Assembly (NCBI GenBank): GCA_050012475.1 | Contig: JBEKHC010000146.1 | Coordinates: 1-12,814, forward strand | From: Candidatus Velthaea sp. | Lineage (GTDB): Bacteria; Vulcanimicrobiota; Vulcanimicrobiia; Vulcanimicrobiales; Vulcanimicrobiaceae | DNA: 12,814 bases | Direction: 5' to 3' | Shown here: positions 6,835 through 12,814 of the stretch, one piece after another | How the letters are laid out: every line of letters starts with the position of its first letter | Position numbering within the stretch: the first letter of the stretch is position 1 | Program-made: the position numbers and the translations under genes | Notes under the pieces: generated by a model | Told to the model about the DNA's origin: nothing | Seen by the model: the letters and a program-made list of their open reading frames with translations, nothing else | Databases searched by the model: none

Positions 6835-8034
6835 ATGCCGGAGCTTGACACGGTGCGCGCGTTCGCGGTCGCAGCTCCCTTCGTGCACCCGGAGCGCAGC
6901 GGGAAGGCGCGCAACGGCGCCGTGTCTTCGGGCCGCATCCAATCGCTGCAAGTCTTGCGGGCGGTTGCGGCACTTCTCGTCGTCATGTTTCACACGCAGG
7001 CCACGTTCGCGGCGAAAACCGGCTTCATGCCCTTTGGCGGCGTGTTTCGCGGCGGCGGCCGGGGTGTCGATCTGTTCTTCGTGTTGAGCGGCTTCATCGT
7101 AACGTATTTGCATGCGGCCGATTGGGGACAGCCGAGTCGGCTGCCGAACTATCTGTTCAACCGATTGAGCCGCATCTATCCGAGCGTCTGGATCGTCACC
7201 GCCGTCACGGCACTGCTGGTCGGAGCGGGTTTGGGGGGCGCATACAGCGCCGGCAAGCTTACTTTCGCCGCGGTGGCGAAAACGGCGCTGCTGCTGCCGC
7301 AAGGCGACACGTTGGTGGCGGTCACCTGGACGCTGAAATACGAGATGTTCTTCTACCTTGCATTCATGCTGCTGATCGTCAGGCCGCGGTTCGGGTGGCC
7401 GATATTTGTCGCGTGGCAGGGAGCGGTGGTCGTTTGGGCACTGTGCGGATCGCCGGCGTTGGGCCCGGCAGTCGAGTTTTATCTGCAACCGATATGTCTG
7501 GAGTTCAGTATTGGGATGTTCTGCGCATGGCTGGTCATGCGCCCTTGGCGGCAGAGTTCGCCGCTGGCGCTGCAGTTGGCGTTGCTCGTTATCAGTATCG
7601 TCGTGTTCGCCGCCGGCTCGCTCGTGGATCTGTATCCGAACGACAACCCTGCACGCCTCCAGGACGTTGCGATCTTCGGCTCGAGCGCCGGCATGATCGT
7701 CACCTTGCTGGTCATGCTCGAGAAACGGACGCGTCTGCGCGTGCCCGCCAGCACTGTCGCGCTCGGCAACGCATCGTATGCGATCTACCTCGTGCACTAT
7801 GCCGTCGTCAGCCGCATCGTATTCGCCATTGCTCGGCTGCATAACGGCCGGGTACCCGACGCCCTGTGCTTATTGGTGGCCGCGGCCGCCGTCGGAGCCG
7901 GACTGGTATTCGACCGTTTCGCGGATCAGCCGCTTCAGCGTTTCCTGCGCGAATACAAGTCGCGCTGGTCGGCCACCGCGTCGCCGCGAATCGTTGTCGC
8001 GCGCGGGGAGCGCGACCCGGGGATGCCGGCATGA
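6835..8034 (+). CDS. Acyltransferase family 3 (ExoZ-like) exopolysaccharide O-acyltransferase
   Basis: 399 aa. Motifs are IQSLQVLRAVAALLVV.FH, GVDLFFVLSGFIV, RL.RIYP..W, WTL.YEMFFY, LEF..G and LG.ASYAIYLVH, the pattern typical of ExoZ-type AT3 proteins. The exact start is uncertain. Confidence 0.92.
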   Translation: MPELDTVRAFAVAAPFVHPERSGKARNGAVSSGRIQSLQVLRAVAALLVVMFHTQATFAAKTGFMPFGGVFRGGGRGVDLFFVLSGFIVTYLHAADWGQPSRLPNYLFNRLSRIYPSVWIVTAVTALLVGAGLGGAYSAGKLTFAAVAKTALLLPQGDTLVAVTWTLKYEMFFYLAFMLLIVRPRFGWPIFVAWQGAVVVWALCGSPALGPAVEFYLQPICLEFSIGMFCAWLVMRPWRQSSPLALQLALLVISIVVFAAGSLVDLYPNDNPARLQDVAIFGSSAGMIVTLLVMLEKRTRLRVPASTVALGNASYAIYLVHYAVVSRIVFAIARLHNGRVPDALCLLVAAAAVGAGLVFDRFADQPLQRFLREYKSRWSATASPRIVVARGERDPGMPA

Positions 8035-8228
8035 GGGCCGGCAGATTTCCGCCGGCGGTTGGAAGCCCGGATCGTTCGCCGCCGCCACCCGATGTCGGCG
8101 ATTGCGCGGAACGAGCGAACTGCTGGTCCGGTCACGATCGACAACCACTGGAATCAAGACGCCATACCAGGCCACCTGATTACGATTTGGATTATGCTTC
8201 GATTGAGCAATCCAGGAAGAGCCCGACT

Positions 8229-9161
8229 ATGTTTTCTCCAGCTCTCACGCACGTCCGAAACTTTGTCGACAATCGCCTGAGCGTGATGTCGTCCGTGCTT
8301 CGACATCCGCTTAACCGTGGGGGAAAGCTTCAGGCGCTCCGCGACTATGTGTTTTGGAATGCGGCGCGGTTCACGCTGGACGCCGAGTTCGTCTTGCACA
8401 TGCCCGAGGGTATCGATCTGCTGCTCGGTCGGGAACAAAATTACGCAACCAGCATCTACGTACATTCGCTGCCGGATTTCGCCGAGATGCTTTTCCTTTC
8501 TCACCTGTTGCGGGAGGCGGAGCTCTTTGCCGATGTCGGCGCGAACGTCGGCATGTATTCGACCTGGGCGGCTGGATCGGCCGGCGCGAACGTCGTCGCG
8601 ATTGAACCTGTGCCGTTGACGTTCGCAGGTTTGACGAAGAACATCCGGCTCAACGGTCTCGAGAGCTTGATCGACCCACTGCAGGTCGCGGTCGGCGAGT
8701 CACCGGGCCATGCGAACATGAGCTCCAGTGAGGGCGGCCTCAATCACGTGCTTGAACATGCGGTGAGGCCGGATTCGATCCTCGCAAGCGTGATGCGGCT
8801 CGACGACATCTTCGCCGACAAGTGCCCTTTCGCCATGAAGCTCGACGTCGAAGGATTCGAGTTGCGGGCGCTTTCCGGTGCGCGCACGATACTGGCGGAT
8901 GTCAATCTTCGGGCTATCATCATCGAATTGAAAAACCTGCATCTCAACTGCTATGGGACGAACGTGAGGGAAGTTCGGCAGTTGTTGATGGCGAACGGTT
9001 TCTTCCCCCACAGGTACGATCCGTTCACCCGTCGAGTCGAACCGCTTACGGAGCACCAGGAGACGAACGAGATTTTCATCCGACGCAATGACGCCGAGGT
9101 TGCGGACCGGCTCTCGTCGGCGCGGCGCATCGTCTTGCCGGGATTTTCTTCGGGAGTTTGA
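8229..9161 (+). CDS. FkbM-family SAM-dependent methyltransferase
   Basis: ATG 8229 with AGGAAG at 8214-8219, 310 aa. The SAM-binding motif is FADVGANVGMYS, followed by VVAIEP, NIRLNGL, RLDD, MKLDVEGFELRAL.GA and IIIE. Confidence 0.92.
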   Translation: MFSPALTHVRNFVDNRLSVMSSVLRHPLNRGGKLQALRDYVFWNAARFTLDAEFVLHMPEGIDLLLGREQNYATSIYVHSLPDFAEMLFLSHLLREAELFADVGANVGMYSTWAAGSAGANVVAIEPVPLTFAGLTKNIRLNGLESLIDPLQVAVGESPGHANMSSSEGGLNHVLEHAVRPDSILASVMRLDDIFADKCPFAMKLDVEGFELRALSGARTILADVNLRAIIIELKNLHLNCYGTNVREVRQLLMANGFFPHRYDPFTRRVEPLTEHQETNEIFIRRNDAEVADRLSSARRIVLPGFSSGV

Positions 9162-9178
9162 ACGCTGAATCGCACGCC

Positions 9179-9255
9179 GCCGGATGTAAAATCGCAGCGC
9201 TTTGTAGGCCAGCCGCGCACGACTGACGCCGCGGCTTGGCCGCCGCTCATCCGGC
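9179..9255. repeat. Nested inverted-repeat (stem-loop) element in the FkbM to propeller-gene spacer; REP-like
   Basis: The outer perfect 8-bp IR is GCCGGATG (9179-9186) / CATCCGGC (9248-9255). The inner 11-bp IR with one bulge is GGCCAGCCGCG (9207-9217) / CGCGGCTTGGCC (9230-9241). GTAG (9204-9207) sits at the foot of the inner stem. No U-tract follows. Confidence 0.55.
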
Positions 9256-9265
9256 CCGAGGCGCC

Positions 9266-10990
9266 GTGACGCCGGCACCGCCGAAGCAGCGGCCGCTGCG
9301 CTTCGCAGTGGCGTGCGCGGAATTGATGGAAGCGTGGCAACTCAAAGCCGTCGAGGATCTGACTGCCGGCGAGAGCGCCGAACTTGCCCTTTTCATGCAC
9401 GAGAAGCGCGCGGAGCCGGACTCGCCGGGACGGGCGTGCCTGCTCTGGCGAAGGCTCCATGCGAGGCTTGCGCGCAGATCATCGGCATTGCAGCGGTCGT
9501 CGGTACGTTATGCATTCCCCTCGGTTCCCAGGCTATACCGGCGTGAGGGAGACGCCGAAGGCGCGAGCGTGCCAGCTGCGGACGACGTGTCGGCGGTGCG
9601 CCGTCTGGGCGTCGACTTCATTCTGGCCTTCGATGGCGGTGCGGTGCGGCCTGAGCTAGCCGATGCGGCGAGCTACGGCGTTTGGTCGTTTCGCTATGCG
9701 GACGTGCCCGAAAGCAGCAACGTACCCAGCGGATTTCGCGAGATTCTCACCGGGAATCCGGTCGTGACCGTCCAGCTTTGCGCGACGGGCGCGCAAGGCG
9801 AACGGATTCTGCGAACGGGCTGCTTCAAAACGATCGGGCATTCCTACGTCGGCCACGTCGACCGGCTGTATTTGACGATTGCGTCTTGGCCCGCGCATGC
9901 AGCCGCCGCCATCGGCAATTCTGCTCGCGCCGTGCAGGCGCTTCCCTTGTACGATGCGGGTGCGGCCCATGCGGCGCCATCGAACCTCGATGTGTTGAAA
10001 TTTCTGGTGAATCTTACCAGGAATCGGGCTCAATGGTTGGCGCGGTCTTGCCAACGAGAAGAATGGAACATCGGCGTCGTTCCTTTCCGCCGCGAAGCGC
10101 TCCTGGACGGTACGCCGATGCCGCCGATCCAGTGGATGCCGAGCCGGTCGAAGAATTGGCTTGCAGATCCGATGGCGTTTACCGCCGACGGGAAAGTGCA
10201 TATCCTTTGCGAGGAATGGGATGCCGCAAGTTCGCGCGGAAAGATCGTCGCAACGACATTCCAGGCCGGCAATTGGGGACAGCCGCAAGACGCCATAGTG
10301 CCCGGAATGCACGCGTCGTATCCATATATCGTCGAGCACGACGGGGCCGTCTTCTGTGTACCCGAGATGCACGCGGCCGGCGAAGTTGCCGTGTATCGCG
10401 CCGTGCGCTTTCCGACCGACTGGGTCAAAGAGCGCGTGATCCTCAACGGTCCATACGCCGACAGCACGGTGTTCCGGCACGAGGGGCGCTGGTGGCTCTT
10501 CTGCACCGAAGGCGACGAGAACGAGCATCTCTATGCCTTTTTTGCCGACGATCTGCTCGGCGACTGGACGGCCCATTCAGCCAATCCGGTCAAGGTCGAC
10601 ATTCGCTGCGCGCGTCCGGCAGGGCCACCGTTCGTCCATGACGGCAAGCTGTTTCGGCCAACGCAAGACTGCGCGCTGACCTATGGCGGCCGCGTCGTCA
10701 TCACCCGAATTGACGCGCTCGACCCGAACGTCTTCGTCGAGGAAATTTGCGCGTTCATCGAGCCGGATGCTCGAGGGAAGTACCCCGCAGGGCTGCATAC
10801 CGTGTCCGCTGCCGGCGACCTCTGCGTTGTCGATGGGAAGCGATGGGTATTGATGACGCCGATAGAGATCGTCGCCCGCGCGCGCACGCTGATGCGGCGC
10901 CGGAGTGCTCGTGCCGGCAAGGTCGCCGCGGCAACAAGACCGGACGCAACCTGCCATGAGCGGCTGCCGCCGGCGAGTTTCACGGTTTGA
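9266..10990 (+). CDS. Fusion of a degenerate formyltransferase-like N-domain and a GINT1-N-like five-bladed beta-propeller (GH43/GH32-superfamily-like fold)
   Basis: GTG 9266 with GAGG at 9258-9261 is the likely start (the track uses TTG 9236). The N-part has VRRLGVDFIL.F, YGVWSF and GFREIL.G.PV. The C-part from about 10058 has WNIGV, ADP, HASYPYIVEHDG..FCVPE, LYA..ADDLLGDWT.H..NPV..D...ARPAG, LFRPTQDC..TYG, GLHT and VVDG. Confidence 0.75.
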   Translation: MTPAPPKQRPLRFAVACAELMEAWQLKAVEDLTAGESAELALFMHEKRAEPDSPGRACLLWRRLHARLARRSSALQRSSVRYAFPSVPRLYRREGDAEGASVPAADDVSAVRRLGVDFILAFDGGAVRPELADAASYGVWSFRYADVPESSNVPSGFREILTGNPVVTVQLCATGAQGERILRTGCFKTIGHSYVGHVDRLYLTIASWPAHAAAAIGNSARAVQALPLYDAGAAHAAPSNLDVLKFLVNLTRNRAQWLARSCQREEWNIGVVPFRREALLDGTPMPPIQWMPSRSKNWLADPMAFTADGKVHILCEEWDAASSRGKIVATTFQAGNWGQPQDAIVPGMHASYPYIVEHDGAVFCVPEMHAAGEVAVYRAVRFPTDWVKERVILNGPYADSTVFRHEGRWWLFCTEGDENEHLYAFFADDLLGDWTAHSANPVKVDIRCARPAGPPFVHDGKLFRPTQDCALTYGGRVVITRIDALDPNVFVEEICAFIEPDARGKYPAGLHTVSAAGDLCVVDGKRWVLMTPIEIVARARTLMRRRSARAGKVAAATRPDATCHERLPPASFTV

Positions 10991-12335
10991 GCACTAGCAA
11001 CGTCACCCGGTCGTCAACGTTTAGCGTCAGAGCGTTGCTCTTGGACGGCATCAAAACAGGTGGCGCGGCTGCGCCCGTGTCCTGCCACGTATCCTGTATC
11101 ACCGACGACCAGCGTTTGTTGAACACGATGCCAACCGGCAGCATGGCGACCTGCGGATCCGAAGCGGGCACGGCGTTCCACAGCAGCAGCTGGTACGATC
11201 CGTCGCGTTTTTGCAGTAAGGTGTGCTCGATCGTCGAGCTCGTTTGCAGCGTGTATGAGAGCGGTTGTAGCGTCGGTGCGCTGCCGGGATCGCCGAGCAT
11301 GGCAAGCATGTTCCGAATGGCCGTATAAGACGCCTTCGTCGCCAGTGCACCGGTCAACAGTCCGTAATGTCGTCCGCCTTCGTCGAGCAGCTCATAGAGA
11401 TACGTTTTTCGAATCCCCGCGTTCCAGTGGTTCAACAGGACGCGCATCACGTAACGCGCCTTCACGGCCGCGCTCACCGATATTCCTGCTGTCGTGCCGT
11501 CGTCCCAGCCCGTCTCGGTGGCGAAGACCGGCGTCGGCTCGATGGAAGCACATAGATTAAGCCAAAAGCCGATCGTTCCATAGACGCCGTACGGGGGAAA
11601 GTCGCCGCCGAAACCGGTCGTGTCGGGATTGTACGTGCCGAAATAATCGTGAATATTTCCGTAATCTGCGATGGCCGCGAAGGTTCCCGCGGGGAAGCTT
11701 TGCGTGTATGCTTCGACGCTGGTCAGTGACGGGCCGATGAGCTTGGCGCCGTCAAACTGCAACGTCGCCGTCCAGAGCGTCTGGCCGTAAGGTGGCAGTC
11801 CGGCAGCCCAGCTGGGACCGCCGTTGAGATCCCACTCGTTGGGATACTCAACGAACTCGGCGGCGCCGCTCGGCGCACTGCCGGTTTTGGCCAGCACGCC
11901 GGTGATGCTGCCGACCGGTTCATTCATGATCGTGATGAGGTCAGCATGGATGCCGTACGTTTGCGCGAGCGCGGCTAGGTGGCCATAGTATGACGAATCC
12001 GCGCTCGCGGTTGCGCTATCGCGAATGTGTCGGACGTGCAAACCCGCGAGCAGCGACGCGGCGGTTGCGTAGTTGGCAACGTACGGCGTGTCGACATAAG
12101 AAAAGTGCGTGTTGACCCCGACCGAATCAACGAACGCGTCCGCCCAGCGCGGTGTTTCAACGATCGGTGCGGCACTCGCCGTTGCTGCCGGGCTCGGCGC
12201 AGGCCCTTGCGCCATCGCGCGTGTCGCGTCAATGGAAGATAGGGGCGCTCGAACGGTGGATCCGTTGGTAGCGCAACTCACGGTCGCAAGCGTTGCGACC
12301 ATTGCGCAACAGAAGGAAGGGACGATGGATGCCAT
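10980..12335 (-). CDS. Exported (possibly lipoprotein) clan GH-A glycoside hydrolase: TIM barrel plus C-terminal beta-sandwich
   Basis: 451 aa. It has a hydrophobic N-terminus ending ATVSC (Cys21) and an Ala/Pro-rich linker. Then come FVDSVGVNTH, VRHIRD, EYPNEWD (Asn-Glu acid/base), NIHDY, PVFATETGW (nucleophile Glu), YLYELLDE, YGLL and a beta-rich tail (LLQKRDGSYQLLLWN). AAAGG lies 8 nt upstream of the ATG. Confidence 0.8.
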   Translation of the reverse strand: MASIVPSFCCAMVATLATVSCATNGSTVRAPLSSIDATRAMAQGPAPSPAATASAAPIVETPRWADAFVDSVGVNTHFSYVDTPYVANYATAASLLAGLHVRHIRDSATASADSSYYGHLAALAQTYGIHADLITIMNEPVGSITGVLAKTGSAPSGAAEFVEYPNEWDLNGGPSWAAGLPPYGQTLWTATLQFDGAKLIGPSLTSVEAYTQSFPAGTFAAIADYGNIHDYFGTYNPDTTGFGGDFPPYGVYGTIGFWLNLCASIEPTPVFATETGWDDGTTAGISVSAAVKARYVMRVLLNHWNAGIRKTYLYELLDEGGRHYGLLTGALATKASYTAIRNMLAMLGDPGSAPTLQPLSYTLQTSSTIEHTLLQKRDGSYQLLLWNAVPASDPQVAMLPVGIVFNKRWSSVIQDTWQDTGAAAPPVLMPSKSNALTLNVDDRVTLLVLKP

Positions 12336-12343
12336 AGACGCTG

Positions 12344-12354
12344 CCTTTATAGCA
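12344..12354 (-). promoter_or_regulatory. Extended -10-like element (TGcTATAAA) overlapping the RBS-like AAAGG of the hydrolase gene
   Basis: The - strand reads CCTGCTATAAAGGCAGCGTCT-ATG. TGnTATAAA differs from TGnTATAAT by one base and ends 10 nt before the ATG. No good -35 is visible. Confidence 0.4.
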
Positions 12355-12364
12355 GGTTGCGAGA

Positions 12365-12382
12365 CTGCGAGCCTAATCGCAG
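12365..12382. promoter_or_regulatory. Palindrome CTGCGA-N6-TCGCAG, candidate operator
   Basis: Perfect 6-bp arms with a 6-bp spacer, located where the -35 region of the extended -10 element would fall. Confidence 0.3.
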
Positions 12383-12448
12383 ACGCGGCAAGCTCGATGG
12401 CTATCGTACCTCAGCACAGTCGGGGCGATTGTAAAGCTACGGTGTCTT

Positions 12449-12466
12449 TTTGACTGCCCTGTCAAA
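12449..12466. promoter_or_regulatory. Palindrome TTTGAC-N6-GTCAAA, candidate transcription-factor operator
   Basis: Perfect AT-rich 6-bp arms in a GC-rich context. On the - strand it lies just upstream of a TACAAT hexamer (plus-strand ATTGTA 12428-12433) and overlaps that hexamer's -35 zone. Confidence 0.45.
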
Positions 12467-12814
12467 TGGAGCGCTCGCCGTGCCGGCCAACAACGACGAT
12501 CCAGCGTTCGCCGTTATCTTGTGGCAGCCCAAGCTATCAAAGTAAACCTCGTGCGTAAGATACCGCACGCAAGCGCGCGGCGTAGCAAGGCGAACAGCCG
12601 CCGATGCGCCGCGGAGCGAGTGAAGGCCGTTTTTAATAGTCAACATCCACATGACAGAAAAAGTCGATTGGTACAGGACATGACATTGGCGGGCAATGAC
12701 ACCGGCCGATTAAAACGCGAGCGCAGAAGGCCTGGCTATTTCGACTGGCAGATGTCGGCTAGAAATGCTGGTCGCGGCTTAGAGCTCGACGTCACTGCGG
12801 CGCGGGGCCATCTT

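Larger units (their letters stand above)
1..10990 (+). other. Wzx/Wzy-dependent capsule or exopolysaccharide biosynthesis operon (5' part lies outside the window)
   Basis: Co-oriented, tightly packed genes with start/stop overlaps at 56-59, 4441-4444, 4533-4536 and 5507-5510. The gene content covers co-polymerase, kinase-like protein, polymerase, flippase, glycosyltransferases and modifying enzymes. Confidence 0.9.

Noticed and set aside
5599..7844. Long alternative-frame and antisense ORFs (5599..6756 +, 6655..7842 -, 7122..7844 +)
   Set aside because: They are Arg/Ala-rich, motif-free shadows, as expected from high-GC codon bias over the real acyltransferase genes.
7866..8228. 121-aa N-terminal extension of the FkbM ORF
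   Set aside because: It is low-complexity Arg/Pro-rich sequence overlapping the upstream gene. A good RBS precedes ATG 8229. A start at 8031 cannot be fully excluded.
9656..10641. ORFs 9656..10576 (-) and 9682..10641 (+)
   Set aside because: They are shadow frames of the propeller gene with no recognisable motifs.
12437..12652. 71-aa - strand ORF upstream of the hydrolase
   Set aside because: It has no motif and atypical codon usage, and it overlaps the putative regulatory palindromes.
12779..12814. Possible 3' end of a - strand gene entering from the right edge (KMAPRRSDVEL-stop)
   Set aside because: Only 12 codons are visible, which is too little to support a call.
1..12814. CRISPR arrays, IS elements/transposases, integrases, tRNA/rRNA, intrinsic terminators, JUMPstart/ops site
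   Set aside because: I saw no regularly spaced repeats, terminal inverted repeats with target duplications, recombinase motifs, RNA-gene signatures or hairpin plus U-tract. The operon leader lies outside the window.
1..12814. Taxonomic assignment (gene style suggested a high-GC soil lineage such as Eremiobacterota)
   Set aside because: This is an impression only. The window has no marker gene, so a homology search is needed.

Overview
GC-rich bacterial DNA carrying the middle and 3' part of a Wzx/Wzy-type surface or exopolysaccharide locus. The + strand order is: the C-terminal tail of a chain-length regulator (Wzz/CpsC-like, cut by the window edge), a catalytically degenerate CpsD/CapB-like tyrosine-kinase homologue, an O-antigen ligase/polymerase-family membrane protein, a Wzx flippase, two GT4 glycosyltransferases, two acyltransferase-3 proteins, an FkbM-family methyltransferase, and a fusion of a degenerate formyltransferase-like domain with a GINT1-N-like beta-propeller. 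A convergent - strand gene encodes an exported clan GH-A glycoside hydrolase and is preceded by about 480 bp of non-coding, palindrome-rich DNA. The most unusual signal is a cluster of four apparent internal deletions within about 2.2 kb (2650-4890): an in-frame loss in the flippase, a frameshifting loss in GT4-1, a 31-aa mini-ORF that looks like the joined ends of a nearly fully deleted gene, and an in-frame loss of about 50 aa in GT4-2. Flanking genes look intact. This is either targeted decay of the polymer-building core or an assembly artefact. All family assignments come from motif recognition by eye; no searches were run.
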